Below the pieces are notes generated by a model. It made no database searches. It was not told the origin of the DNA and saw nothing but the letters and a program-made list of their open reading frames with translations. Below are positions 12,671 through 26,885 of a stretch of DNA of 64,000 nucleotides, piece by piece. The stretch's first letter is position 1. Every line of letters begins with the position of its first letter. The stretch lies in NCBI RefSeq assembly GCF_009914755.1, contig NC_060937.1; one strand, 5' to 3'. The position numbers and the translations under genes are program-made. Origin of the DNA: the human T2T-CHM13v2.0 reference genome, Homo sapiens.

Positions 12671-13289
12671 TATTATAGGAGTTATTAAGAAATTATTTTA
12701 GGCAGATAGAGTGGATAAGGGGTCCTTGGAAAGGTTTTCTTTCTTTTAAAGCAGCTCCAGAAACATTTCTTGTCTAGCAGAAAAGCAGTTGGAAGGGCCA
12801 GGCTGGCAGGCTTTGATATGCAAATGCTGGCCATAAGAAACTGGGTCCATCCACTATGGTGATTCCCTCCCTCTTCTCCTTGTAACCCCATCTGCTGAGG
12901 GTCATAGCCACCCCCAGATAACCCCACATGTGCAGGACATCATGGTGCCCTGCATTTGCATATTAAAAGGCTAGGGTGGGATGGCCAGTTTTTTTGCAGG
13001 CTATGTGAATGACATACCTGGTCAAACCAATCCGCTGGGCCCTATGCAAATCAGACACTGCCTCCTCCAGCCTCCTAATATAATTGACTGTTTTCTGCCA
13101 CACTCAGGGTTTCCTCTCTTGGCTTAGAGCCCCCTTCCCTCTGTCTCTGTACTGGAGAGCTTCTTTCTTCTTTCTTTCCTGTTAAGCTCTCTGCTCCTTA
13201 AAACCACTCTACTTGTGTCTGTGTCATTTTATCTAAATCATCACAAGGCAAAGGACCCTGGTGTTTTTTCAGTCATCGGAGCCATATCA
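12671..13289 (+). repeat. 3' LTR (LTR9-like)
   Basis: Direct repeat of the 5' LTR (about 11 mismatches in the first 100 nt by hand count) with three octamers. Confidence 0.88.
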
Positions 13290-13395
13290 ATAGTTCTCAG
13301 TGTTTAGGTTTTGCCTTGTTTCTTAAAGCCGCAAACTAGACATTATAATTATTGTTTTACACAGTCAATTTTGTTTAGCTTTACCTAGATCATTA

Positions 13396-14034
13396 TGTTA
13401 GGGGTAGAAGGTATCTGAGTTACTTGGCAGCAAATCTGTACGTGTGTGCACCAGCCACAATTCTTGCCTCCTCAGAAGAAAGAATTCAACTGAGGGGCAT
13501 AAGGCAGAAAAGAAAACTGAGGCAAGTATCAGAGCAGGAGTTATTAAAAAGCTTATTTAAAGGAGTTTATTAAAAAGCTTTAGAGCAGGAAAGAAAGGAA
13601 AGTACACCTGGAGGAAACTCAGGAGGGAAACTGGAAGGGAAAATGCAGTGCTTAACCTTGATCCTAGGACTTTATGTTCTGGCCCACCTCTGGCTTCTTG
13701 TGCCCCTTTCCCATGATGCTTCCCTTAGGCTGGGCTGCCTGCATGCATAGTGCCCTCTTTATGCTTGGTGAGCATGCACACCGTGTTGAGGAAGTGTTTT
13801 CTCTGTTTGGAAAGTTGCCTCTCCCTGGTGCCTGTGTTCAATTAACACTTTAGTGTGACAGCTGTGGGCCATCAGAAGATTGTCTCTCCCTGGTGCTGGC
13901 TGCTAAGTTATCACTTTTAGAGAGGCAATATGATAACTCCTGAACCATCAACTGATGATCACCTGACATTCCTGGTGGGTGGCTGGGGGGAGCCCTCTCC
14001 TGCCCCACTTATGCCTGTCTTACTACCTGTAACA
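13396..14034 (-). mobile_element. ERV1 solo LTR, MER50-like
   Basis: TG...CA termini, 4-bp TSD ATTA (13392-13395 and 14035-14038), TTTATT signal on the + strand. Confidence 0.78.
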
Positions 14035-14332
14035 ATTACAACCATCCCTGCACTCACTATTTCTTCTTGTCTCTAAGACCATCCATTTGACATGATTGCC
14101 CTTCTTCCTGAAGCACATTCCTTAGAATTTTCTTTTGTGAAAGTCTTTCAGTGGTGAACATTTTATCTCTTCTTTACCTCTAAAGGTCATCATTTCCCCT
14201 TTATTTTCAAAAGCTACTTTTTCTAGATATGGAATTCTTGGTAAACAACTATTTTCTTTCAACATACTAAAGATAATATTTCACTTTTTTATGACTTATA
14301 TTTTTGTGATTATGATTTATATTTTGCAATTT

Positions 14333-14690
14333 TGAGATCATGTCCTTTGCAGGGACACGGATGAAGCTGGAAGCCATCATCCTCAGCAAACTAACACAGG
14401 AACAGAAAAGCAAACACTGCGTGTTCTCACTCATAAGTGGGAGTTGAACAATGAGAACACATGGACACAGGGAGGGGAGGGGAACAACACACACTGAGGC
14501 CTGTTAGGGAGCAGGGAGTGAGGTGAGAACATGAGGACAAATGGCTGATGCATGTGGGGCTTAATACCTAGGTGACAGGTTGATAGATGCAGCAAACCAG
14601 CATGGCACACATTTACCTATGTAACAAACCCGCATGTTCTGGACATGTATACCAGAACTTAAAGTAAAATAAAATAAAATTTTTAAAAAA
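14333..14690 (+). mobile_element. L1PA (older subfamily) 3' end
   Basis: gagatcatgtcctttgcaggg...ctcactcataagtgggag...cttaaagtaaaataaaa. Confidence 0.85.
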
Positions 14691-17600
14691 GGAAAAAAGT
14701 CAGCTTTCAGTCTTACAGATCCTTCTCTGTAGGAGATTTTTCATTTCTCTCTGGCTGACTTTCTGATATATCTTTGATCATCTGCAGTTTCATCTGATGT
14801 GTCTAGTTGTCAATCTGTTTTGATTTACCCTGCCTGTATACATTGGACTTACAACATGGGGGCTTAGGAGCTTTCAAAAATTCTCGAAAATTATCAGCCA
14901 ATCTCTCTTCAAATGTTGCTTTTTCCTCCATTCTTTTCTTTTTCTGAAAATCTTCTCACATATATATTGGATCTTCTCGCTCTCTACTGCAGGTTTAGCA
15001 TTCATATTTTTCATTTTCTTGTTTCTTTTTCCTTTGGGTTGTATTCCAGATAGTGTTTTTGGATCTTGCTTCCAGTTCATTAATTCTCTCTTTGCTGTAT
15101 CTAATCTTCTGTTTTACCAATCCATTATTTTTTTAAATTTTAATTTATTATACTTGTTATTTTTAGAAGTCTGTTTCTTTTAAAGTTTAGTCATTCTTAA
15201 TAGTCTCATTTTCATTGCTCATTTCAAGCCTCTCTTTTATTTTTTGAAATAAAATAAACTTCCTATTTTACAATCAGTTTCAGATCTTTCTCATCTGTGA
15301 AATCTTTGAGGTTCTAATTCTAATTCTCACTGTGCCTTTTTCTTGGCATTTCTTGTGATTTCCTTTTTAATGTGAGTTTCTCACTATACTTGGAAACTTA
15401 ACCAATAGGAGCCCTTTGAGACCTGTGTTAAATTTGTGATCTCTTAAAGAGATTTCCGTATGCTTCTGCCAGTTGCCTGGTGGTATTGCCCATCTGGAAA
15501 TCACTTTAAAATTAATTCCCCATTCAAGCTTCAATTTTTAACATGCAAGTAACAACAAGTTGACATGTAAGCTTGATGCTGACTATGATTTCTCAGGGGC
15601 AAATTTATTTTCCCTCTACCCAGTGTCAAAGTCAATGCCGGTTATTTTACATGCTGCCCCCTTCTCTTCCCCAACCTTATTTATTGTTCACCCTAACGTG
15701 GAGAACATGGCCTATTGACATTCAGAGTTTTGCAAGAGTCTACTATTACAATCCCCACCTTTGTTGAATTGCATACCTCATGTCCTTTCTCCCATGTTTA
15801 GTGTGACTATATATCATTCCAGACGCTTTTGAGGATAGAAGTAGGTACTATTAATAATTATACCAGGGCAACTGGCATTAACTAGTACTATCCTGGGAAA
15901 ACCAGGGTGTATGATCATCCTACACATCCCAACACAGATATCAAGATGTAGGTGAAAAACCCACCAGGATTTTGAAGAGACTATTGGGAAAATTGGTGCT
16001 TTTACTGCCTACTGACTTCCAGATTTCTCACCTTTATATTTATTTTTTCCCTTTGTGGATTCTTTAGTTTCTTAGCTCAGTGAGCATTTTTATAGGGGTT
16101 TATGAGAAGATTTTACTTAGCCATTTTCATTGTTTTCAACTGACAGGTTGTGCAATGGATTTAATCTAACATGTTACCAGAAACATAAGTCTTTTCTCTC
16201 ATCATCAAAGGCAATACAAAGATTCAATTTAGGCGTGAATTTTCTGTACTCAGCTATTGGTCAGGTAAGAATTGGGATTTAAAAGGCAGATATTTCTCAT
16301 TCTAAAAGAGGCTCATTTTTTGCTGTTGTTCTGTGTCATAACTTCTAGTGTATTATTGGGTGCTGGGACCACACATAAATATGTGACCATGTGTTGGAGA
16401 AGTTCATAATCTCGCAAGGAAAAAAAAAACACATTGACATAGAAGAGTGATAATCCAAGTCCTGTATGATAAATTGCCCAAGTGCTTCAAGAATACAAAC
16501 AACAAAAGATGGAACTGCCCACTCTGAGCTAAGCAGTTAGAGCAAGAGCCACAAAAACTGAACTTTATCAGTGCTTTCACAAATGGTTAAAACTTGAATA
16601 GGGGATTTAATATTGGACTTGTTTTAATTTTTTAATATGAATGCTGTCTGGCTTTACCCCTGAATTTAAATTTTAAAAAAAGCACTGTTATTTAAACTTT
16701 TTGACAGACTATGTAAATCAGAAAATGTTTGGGAAAAAGATGGCTTGTTGTTTGACCATCTCTTATGGTGCATATGTAGATTTTTTGGCTTTCTTGGTGT
16801 AAGATTCATATGTTTACAGTGTTGCCTCTGATAATGAGATAATATTAAGTATGTAATACCAAATACTGTCTTACTGTTCATCTCCTAGAGGGTTTAAACA
16901 GATAAATGGGGCATTTAGCCAGGTACAATTAGCACCCCAGGATATTTGTGTATACTTAGAATACACTTTAGGGTTGTTGGTGAGAGAGATTTAGATAGCT
17001 ACATAAGTTCCTGAAATGCATCCTTTGGGTGCACTCCTTAAAATACAAATAGATAATGATAACTGGTAATGGCAAAAAGAACTAGACAAACATTTCACTG
17101 ACTTTTGATAAGTAAATGTAGCATAACAAACACTCAACCTAAAAGGCACATATGAATAATGCAGTTAGTTTCCAAGAATGTGGTATTTTTGAAAGTAGTA
17201 CTGTTTCATTATTAAGATTTATATCTCAAGGGTATAGCACAGTACTTTGCACATAGTCGGGGTTCAAAAGATGCTGGTGTTAGTTTACTCAAATAGACGT
17301 TAAGCTGATATTGTGATCCTAAACACATAAGTTATGCATTCCTCTGTTTTATAAGTTTCTGTGCTCAACAAATAAATATACTAAATAAATAATATTTTCT
17401 GCATCTGTGTTTCATTTTTCAAATGTTTGTGGAGGCTATTGTGATTAATAAAAATTATTTACAAGCATTAATGTAGTATTAGCAAGCATTTTCAGAAAGA
17501 AAAACAATGTGTTCAGGCTATAGGAATATTTCTAAACTATGGAAAACAAATTGTTACTATGTAATCATAGAAAATATATTCATATGTCATATAATATGCA

Positions 17601-18885
17601 GAGACAGAATAAGAAAGAAGACATATAGCAACTCTAAGAAACCAAGTGGTTTAGGTGCACTTTAAAAAAAATCTCCTCTAAAACCTCTGAAATGCATATA
17701 AAATAAAAATGAAAGAATGCTTCACTTGAACTAAAATCAGCAAATAATTCTGGCCTCATAGTACTAGCCTCTAAGACTTTCTTCTAAATATCAAACAGTT
17801 AAAATAAATGGAAAGGGGATGCCAGGAGTACCCCCCAGTTCCCTGGTGCAAACCTCATGTTGTAGGCAGTTAGTGGAGGGCATTAGAAATAACCCCACTG
17901 AACTACCATGGCTTGATAACTAAGAGCTCTTTTTTGTTCTTTAAAATTCATTCTTTTAGAGCCTCCTGGTCTGTTTTAAGGATGTCTCTGAGAGTCTTGT
18001 TGGTTTTTTGAAATTTTCTTATGTTTCCTACAGGGTTTTTGTTTCTCTGAGTGCTTTCTTTTTAATTTTTCTTGTCTGATCATTTTGGAGTCTCTGATTC
18101 CTGTTGTTGACTTTTCCCAGTTGCTGTGTTATTCATGACTGTCCATGCTGATATTTAAGAGTATGGCACTAAGAAGCTGAGTTGGTAAGGCAGGTCAACT
18201 GGTGGGTGCCATTGTGGGGTGGGCAGGCTGAGCTGTTCCTCAACTGTTGGTATCTAAATAGTTTCTCTTTTTGTGAAAAGCAGCATAGTGTAGTGGTTCT
18301 ATACATGGGCTCTGGAGTCAGACTGTGCATTCATAAAGAGAGCAGTTAAAACACAGCCCAACACATCACTAGTGCTATATAAGTTGTATCTATCATTGCT
18401 GTAGTTTCCATTTCCCTAGAGAAGAATGCTACAATATTCTGGCAGGAAAGGTAAGTATGAGCTGCCACTGTTATCAGAGCCAAGTGTTTCTATCCAAAAT
18501 TTAGGACCTCACTTTTACCGTTCCTTTGACTATATGTATTGTCCTCAGGTCAAGAATCTTTCTGCTCCTTCTTTCAACCACTCCAGAATGAAAAGCCAAG
18601 AATTCTCCTGGTGTAGAAGAGAGGTAATTATTGGTTTGCACAGGAAAAGGGATGATATCTAGGGGCGTAATTGCTTTTTGTTCAGGCTTTACATGAAACT
18701 TCCTATTGTTAGGTTTACTGATAATCCTCTTTCAGACGTAACTGGCAGCCCTAATTCCTGAACATTTTGGAGTTAAGCAGAATGTACTACTCTGTCTCTG
18801 GGTTCTCTCCACTACCAGCTTTGGGTCCCTTTTGTTTCACCATTTATCTGTAAGCTTTTAGCTTTCAATATCTTTACAGTTACAT

Positions 18886-19614
18886 TGAAATGGGAGAGTT
18901 CCCTGACCCCCTTGTGGGACTTATGACAGGGTTGTGGCTTGTTTGCTCAGCTGCCACATGCTCCAACCACTTAAGGGACGGGGAGCATGCAGATGGGCAG
19001 GCGCAGGAGCCAGGGCAAGTGCTTTTGGGTTCCGGCCCTACAGTAGCATCTAGGGTGTGTTACAATTAATGTTCTCTTAGTAGTTGCCATCCATGGACAG
19101 CCAAGTGTTAAACCAGCTCAGTGGAGAGTCAGGGTGACAGCCTTTTAAACTCTGCCCTTGTGGTAGTCAGGTGCTTATCTGGCATCCAGGAAGAATCAGG
19201 TCACATGGACTTGAAGGATGGTGAACGTGGGATTTTATTAAGTGATGGGGGTGGCTCTCAGTGGGATGGATGGGGAGCTGGAAAGGGGATGGAGTGGGAG
19301 GATGATCTTCCCCATGAGTTTGACCATTTGGTGGTCAATCTCCTCTCCAACCCCCTCAATGTTAAGATGCTCCTCTCTTCTCCTCTTCTCTGCTGTGTTG
19401 CTCTGTTGCCTTTCTGCTCTTCTACTCATGGAGCTGGGGGTTTGGGATTTGTATGGCTACAGGACTGGGGGCCATGGAAGGCCACGGTGGCTTTGGAAAA
19501 AGAAACATTTGGACATGAAAATGGGAATGCTTGTTCTCATTTAGGGCCATGGGTCCAAGCTTAAGGGTGGAGCCCTTGACAGCGACCCTGCTCTCCTGCC
19601 TCCTGTTCATATCA
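18886..19614 (-). mobile_element. ERV1 solo LTR, LTR1-family-like
   Basis: TG...CA ends; the minus strand begins tgatatgaacaggaggcagg; near-TSD acat/atat. Confidence 0.72.
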
Positions 19615-20658
19615 ATATTACCATTATTATTTTAGTATCATTTTAGGGGAGAAGAGTCATGGTTAAACTGCCATATTTAAATTGAAGTATCTCACACTTT
19701 AGAAGGATAAATAGTAAACAGCATTAATGGGAAAGGCAGGAGGCATTCCACATAGCTTCTGCTCCCTCACCTGGAATAGATCACAGTGGAATATAAGGGA
19801 GAGCCTCTCCCACTGGTAACAATGAAACTAGATCAAATACATTAATCAAATGTTTCCAGGCATGGGATGATAGATAGAGCAATATTGTGAGCCCTACAAT
19901 CATCCCACCTCTCTGGCTCATGGTCTGGCATAATTTCCTGACCACAGCACAAAAATCTGGAATAGAAACAGAAGACAATGGTCCCTTTGAGCTGAGGAGG
20001 CAGAGGTCGGTGTTCAACATGAAGTGTCTGAAAGATTTAAAGCAGGGCACCAAGGCAGAGGGAAGCATGGTCAGAAGAGGGAAAAATTCTCTGATTTCTC
20101 TGCCAAGGGCTGTGTTTGCAGGGAGAGACGACTTAAGGCTAATCAGAAAGAAGCTACGGGAACAGAGATAGCAGTGATTAAGCAATGATCAAGAACATTG
20201 GAGTTCTAGCCGACACCAAGGAAAAACTATCTCATTACCATCTTACTAACTCATCTAGCTGAGGCAGCAGAAAGCAAAGACCATGCTCCAGAGTAAGCCC
20301 TAATCTAGATTCTTTGGGGAAAAAAAAAGGCTAAAACCAAGTCTAAGCAAGACCACAGGAGAAATTGAATTTGGTAATTGGGTCTTACTGTATTAGAAGA
20401 GCTTGGTAAACATCTTGGACTTCTCACAAAATATGTTCCTAAAAATCACAAAACTAAGCCAACACAGTTTCAAGGTGATTAGCAAGTAATTTATCTGTCT
20501 ACTAGGAAAAAAAACCCAAGTCTTCAAGATAGTAATAGAATCTCTACAATGATTTATTTATAATATCAGTAAAAAGTTGGTAGATACATGAAACAGAAAA
20601 ACATGTGCCATAGCTAAGGGGAAAAAAATCATTAGAAAATGACTTTAAAGTGACCGAC

Positions 20659-21165
20659 TGTGGTACACTGAATACTAACCTTCTCAAAATGTCCACATTC
20701 TAATCCCTGGAACCTATGAACATGTTATGTTACATGGCAAAAAAGACTTTGCAGATGTAATTAAGTTATGGGTTTTGAGATGAGGAGATTATTTTGGATT
20801 ATCTGGGTGGGCCCAGTGTAATCACGGGAGTTACAACAAAATAAAAACTGAAGAATCAGCATCAGAGAGAGATGTTCAATTAGAAGTGGAGGTCAGAGAG
20901 ATTTTAAAATGCCATGCTACCGGCTCTGAAGATAGGTGAAGGGACCATGAGCTAAAGAATGCAGGTGGTCTCTAGCAGCTGGAAAATGCAAGGAAATGGA
21001 GTCACCTCCAGTGCCTCCAGAGGTAATGCAGGTCTACCAACTCCTTGACTTTAGCCATGTGAAATTGATTTAAGACTTCTGACTTCTGAAAGAGAATAAA
21101 ATTGTGTTGTTTTAGGTCACTATATTTGTGGTAATTTGTTATAGCAGCAATAGGAAAGTAATAAA
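20659..21165 (+). mobile_element. MLT1D-like MaLR LTR
   Basis: ctaatccctggaacct...ctttgcagatgtaattaag...gtggtaatttgttatagcagcaataggaaa. Confidence 0.8.
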
Positions 21166-21287
21166 ACCAAATGCTGGATTTAATAGGTAAAAATGTGAAA
21201 GCAGCTATTTTGGTATGTTTACAGTTAAAAGAAAAACACAGTTTAGTGAAGAAGGAAACTCCAACAGAGAAGTGGGATTAAAAATCA

Positions 21288-22478
21288 TTACACCTTATAC
21301 AAAAATTAACTCAAGATGGATTAAAGACTTAGACTTAAGACCTAAAACCATAAAAGCCCTAGAAGAAAACCTAGGAATACCATTTAGGACATAGGCATGG
21401 GCAAAGTCTTCATGACTAAAACACTAAAAGCAATGGCAACAAAAGCCAAAATAGACAAATGGGATCTAATTAAACTAAAGAGTTCTGCACAGCAAAAGAA
21501 ACTATCATCAGAGTGAACAGACAACCTACAGAATGGGAGAAAATTTTTGCAATCTATCCATCTGAAAAAGGGCTAATATCCAGAATCTACAAATAACTTA
21601 AACAAATTTATAAAAAAAAATAAACAGCCCCATCAACAAGTGGGTGAAGGATATGAACAGGCACTTCTCAAAAGAAGACATTTCTGTGGCCAAGAAATTT
21701 ATGAAAAAAAAGCTCATCATCACTGGTCATTACAGAAATGCAAATCAAAACCATAATGAGATACCATCTCATGCCAGTTAGAATGGCGATCACTAAAAAG
21801 TCAGGAAACAACAGATGCTGGAGAGGATGTGGAGAAATAGGAATGCTTTTACACTGTTATTGAGAGTGTAAATTAGTTCAACCATTGTGGAAGACAATGT
21901 GGCAATTCCTTAGGGATCTAGAACTAGAAACACCATTTGACCCAGCAATCCCATTACTGGGTATATACCCAAAGGATTATGAATCATGCTGCTATAAAGA
22001 CATATGCACACGTATGTTTACTGCAGCACTGTTCACAATAGCAAAGACTTGGAACCAACCCAAATGCCCATCATTGATAGTCTGGATAAAGAAAATGTGG
22101 CACATATACACCATGGAATACTATGCAGCCATAAAAAAGGAGGAGTTCATGTCCTTGGCAGGGACATGGATGAAGCTGAAAACCATCATTCTCAGCAAAC
22201 TAACACAGAAGCAGAAAACCATACACCACAAACTTTCACTCATAAGTGGGAGTTGATCAATGAGAACACATGGTCACAGGGAGGGGAAAATCACACACTG
22301 GGGCCTGTCAGGGGGTAGAGGGGTAGGGAGCTAGGGGAAGGATAGCATTAACAGAAATACCTAATGTAGATGATGGGTTGATGGGTGCAGCAAACCACCA
22401 TGGCACGTGTATGCCTATGTAACAAACCTGCACATTCTGCAAATGTATCCCAGAACTGAAAGTATAATAAAAAAAAGA
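21288..22478 (+). mobile_element. L1PA7/8-like 3' ORF2, 3'UTR and poly(A)
   Basis: Typical primate L1. ORF 21885-22256 is the ORF2 C-terminus (PFDPAIPLLGIYP, WIKKMWHIYTMEYYAAIK). Confidence 0.92.
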
Positions 22479-22489
22479 AATTATAGAAC

Positions 22490-24530
22490 CAAGAAATAAA
22501 ATAACTGAAATGTAAAGTTTACTCATTGAGCTTAACAGTAAATTGGAGATAATAGAAGAAACAATTAACTTTAAATAGATCTGAAGAATAGAGTGTCATA
22601 AGATTGAAAAGACATGAATGAAGTCTCAGTGACCAGTGCAACAATATTGAGCTGTGTGACATACGTGTAACTGGAGTTTCATAAGAAGAAGAGTGAAGAT
22701 GGAGCAGAATACATATTTGAAAAAATAATGCTTAAAATTTTCTGAATTTGATGAAAAAAGAGTACATTATAAGATTAAAGAATATTAATAATTCCTAAGC
22801 ATTATAAATACAAAGAAAATTACACCTAGGCACAGAATAGCCAAATTGCTTTAAAACAGCAAGAAAGAGAAAATCTTAAAAGAACCAGAGGATAAAGAAA
22901 CATATTACATACAGGAAACAATGATATGACTTACAGCGAACTTTTTATCAGAAGAAGTAGAAATGAAAAGATAATGGAACATCTCTGAAGTGCTAAAATT
23001 AAAAGTGGCAATCCTTCATCCAGTGGCATTTCTACGTTCAGTGAAAACATCTTTCTTAAAAAAGTTAAATTATGATATTTTCAGATAAATACATGCTTAG
23101 AAACTTTCTCTTCAGCACACCTTCATTGTAATAAATGCTAAAGAATGTTTTTTGTTTGGAGGAAAATGATATCAGATGAACACTCTTATCTTTAGGAAGA
23201 AATGACAAGCATGGTATTGGTAAATAAGTAGGAAACTATAGAAGACTATTTTTTTCTTACTGTAATTTTCTTAAAGGACAACTGACTAAAGTAAAAATAT
23301 TTACAATGTAAACTGGGGTTTATAACACATTTAAAAGTACAAGTTTTGACAGCAATAGAACAGAAGTTAGAGTGAGTAAATGGCATAATACTGTTATAAT
23401 GTTATTATATTTTAAAGATAGAAGAAGTGGGAAGTGAAAAATACAAAGTACCAAGTATGAAATGAGAAGAGAAAAGATGACAGTAGGGAGTGGAAAAATT
23501 TAGGTGTGAAATAAAAAAGAAACATAATTGACTCTAAATAATTTTTGATACTTGAGGTAAGATGTTTGTAGCCCTAGAAAATTACTATAAAATAAAAAGA
23601 ATTTAAAAATATAGCTAAGAATCCACAATAGAGGAAGTAAGTAATATTAAAAATATTTTATTCTTCTAATAGGAAACACAAAAGAAACAACAAAGATACA
23701 AAAAAGAAGAGACAAATTAAAAAATAGCAAGACAGTAGACTTGAATCTAACCATATCAATACTTACATTAAATATAAGTGCACCAGATACTCCAGCTAAG
23801 GGCAGAGATGTTAGTTGGGATAGAAACAGGATTCATCATGTACCGTCTACAAAATATATAAACGCAAATATATATGATATAATATACTTATGTTTAGACA
23901 CAAATACGTGTGTATATATATACATATATATATATGTAAAATAAGCTCTAACTATCAGTAACAAAGGAAAATCAGAGATAAACTGCATTGCACCAAAACT
24001 GTAACCTAGTCTCAGCCCAGTCCGGTTTCTATTTACAATTTAAAGAAATACATTCCCAAGTCTATTTTCATGGCTGAAGAAAAGGTAAGCCTATCAAAGG
24101 ATCCTCTTTGATCTTTCCATATGCAATTTCTGTTATTCAATAAAAAATTAATAGACATGCAAGAAGATAGGATCACATGACTAATAGGCATGAAGGAAAT
24201 GACAGACAATAGAAGCAGATCCAAAGGTAATTCAGATATTAGAAGGACAGATGAAAACTTTAAAATACCTATGATTATTCAGTTCTGGAATATATAGAAA
24301 GAGGTAGACAAAATAGATTTGAAAGACAACCAAACTCACTGAAATAGTAGAATTAATAAAAAGAACCACATATACTTCTATAAATGAAAAAACATAATCT
24401 CTGAAATTAAGAATTCAATGGATGAGTTTAATGGCAAATTGTATGCAGTACAAGGTAGGATTAATGAAATGAAATAGATTGATGGAAAATATTCAGACAG
24501 AAGCATAGACAGGAAATAGAATTTAAAAAA
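22490..24530 (+). mobile_element. Old L1M ORF1/inter-ORF fragments
   Basis: cacctaggcaca, aaagagaaaatcttaaaa and ctgaaattaagaattcaatggatgagtttaa; strongly A-rich. Confidence 0.6.
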
Positions 24531-25399
24531 CAGATCATTGCATATTATAATTTAATTTCTTCCTGAGAACTCAATAATAGAAAGAACTCACATGCTTCAG
24601 GCATTTTTTATGTTACCTGCCTTACATTGTTTGATAACATTTGAGCTCATTGTAAAATATCAGATAGATTATATAGAAGGATGTTGCTGGATAGAATTTA
24701 AGAATAAAATTAGAGCAGGAGTCCTCAAGTGCTACATGGCCTTGCAGTTAATCAGTGTTTTATTCTGTCTTTTTCAGAGCTTTCTGGAGGAAAATGTCAA
24801 TGTCTTGCATGATCCAAGAGGGTACACAAAGACACTAGGGTGGGTTTGGAGGAGAAGTACAGCAACAGTAAGGCAATTTCCTCTGTTAATCTCCTCCCTC
24901 ATGAGGGCAGCTCCAATCTTGTGGCTCATAACATTGGCTGTTAACCGCAAAATGTTAAAAGAACAAAAACTTGGCCCATATTGAAAGGAAATCCTGTCAA
25001 AATTTCCGTCAACCCTTATGATCTCATTGAGGAAGTACTAGGAGGCAGCTCCCACATCCCTTTTCATTGCTTCCTTTGCCTCACCAGAAAAGAAAGAGTA
25101 AAAAGATTCATGGGTGAGAATTATGTTAAGAATGGAGGGTACAAAATTTTGATGGGTCAAAGATCTTTCTAGAAAAACTATAATAAAAGCAGAGGAATGT
25201 TAGAATTTTATGAGTAACCTAGTGGATCAAAATAGAAATGAGCAACTGAAAACACTAAACATAAAGCTATGAAGGGGGAGAAGATGGGGAACTTATGATG
25301 TAAGGATCAGAATAATATGTCCTGAAAATCCTGCTCAATTGCTAAGCATAGGACAGTCAGACACAAGCACCTTCCTAGGTGAATTAGTGTTCCTATAAA

Positions 25400-25530
25400 A
25401 AGAAAAGAAAGAAGAAATGAAGGAGGGAGGGGTGAGAAGGAGGAAGAAAGGAATGAAAGAAAACAGGGAAGGAAGGGAAGGGAAAGAAAGGGAAGGGAAA
25501 CGAAGGGAAGGGAAAGGGGGAAGGAAATAA
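25400..25530 (+). repeat. GA-rich low-complexity (GAAGG)n tract
   Basis: gaaggaagggaagggaaag repeats. Confidence 0.85.
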
Positions 25531-26885
25531 CAACAAATAATCTGTATCTAATCTAACCTATAGCTTTACCTTCCAAATTACTGCAAATATGCAGGTTGGA
25601 GGAATGTGATAAATAACAAAATGGAATTAAAACAGTCGGACCTGCAATGTGAAAAATTCTATAGGACAAATGACTTGACTTGATTTCTTCAGCAAATAAA
25701 CGGCAATTAATTAAGAAAAGGGGAGCTCCTTTAGATTAAAATAAATTGAAGAGTCATATCAACCAAATGCAATGCATGGAGCTTCCTTTGATCCTGATTT
25801 GAAAAAAAAAACTGTATAAACATACTTTGGGGGGAAACAGGGGTAATGAAACATGGATTAGTATTAGATGATATTGAGAAATCAGTTATTATTTTGTTTT
25901 GGTTTTGTATGTTTTGAAAGAAATCTGTGTTGAAGCATCTGTAGGTAAAACTGTATGTTGTCTAGAATTTGCTTTTAAATATTCTAGCAACAAAGATGTG
26001 GGAAGAGAGAGATAAAACCTGAAGGGTGGGATGTTGGCTATTGATGAAATTAAGACATGGGTTACATGAGGCCATTTGGCTCCTTTTTAAATTTTGTGAC
26101 TGTTTGAAAATGTCCACAATAAAGAGTTACAAATAACGCAAGGGATTACCATGTCTCAGAAGTTTGGAACAGGTTTTTCTGGCTTCCCCATATGCAGGTG
26201 CAGTGAGCCTGACTTGCGCTTTCGGTTCTCACACAGCGAGTAGACCTGAGTAGCTGTGCCCTGGCGGACACAGTCAGAGCTCTGCTCTTTTGTTCTCATT
26301 CTGTCTTCCTCTGCCTAGGCCTGGTTGTATGCAGCAAGGTCACACAGTTCCCATTCTAGCCTGGGAAATATCATCAATCCCTTTTTTTGGCCTCAGTTCA
26401 AAACTGCCTCCTTCAGCACAAATAACCCAGAACTCTTAACTTTGTAAAATAAAACTCATCCTTTGAATTAAATTTAGCTTGGATCTCTGTGATTCTGTTC
26501 TATCGGAAGAACCCTAGAGGGCAGACTGTCATCTGCACCCAACCCACCCCTGTGGGAAGCAGATTAGGTAACAGAACGACATAAAAGCTTAATCAAGGGG
26601 AGGCATTTTTCGGATAATGGAAAATTATGCATGCTTCCAAGCTGAGGTCAATTATCCAGGGTAATAAAAATATTAAAAACGTGAGAAAGTGAGATTAAGT
26701 GTTGGAGCAAGGTCCCTAAGAGAGCAAAATAAAGACCAGAGATAAAGTGCAAGAATTCCTGCCAGAAGGATGATTTGTTTTTCTGTACATTGGTAGGAAG
26801 AAGGTAAAAAATAAAAGAAGCTACACAGATGAGTTGAGAAAGACATGAAGGATGTTGAAGTGGCTTTTCTCTGGTGGGTAAACTC

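Larger units (their letters stand above)
8445..13289 (+). mobile_element. ERV1 provirus with LTR9-like LTRs (HUERS-P3 group), gag-env remnant, pol deleted
   Basis: Two homologous LTRs of about 610 nt, a 4-bp TSD ATAG (8441-8444 and 13290-13293), a PBS after the 5' LTR, a purine tract gggggaaa before the 3' LTR, and gag and env remnants. Confidence 0.92.
7060..15500 (-). mobile_element. Fragmented old antisense L1M hosting the ERV, the solo LTR and an L1PA insertion
   Basis: T-rich antisense L1 phrases at 7060-8440, 13290-13395, 14040-14330 and 14700-15500. Boundaries approximate. Confidence 0.5.

Noticed and set aside
19121-20185. Several 94-147 aa ORFs
   Set aside because: They fall in an LTR or repeat-like sequence and show no protein family signature.
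26100-26650. Possible lncRNA start downstream of OXGR1 (I recall an annotated lincRNA nearby)
   Set aside because: This is recall only; TSS and exon boundaries cannot be supported from the sequence.
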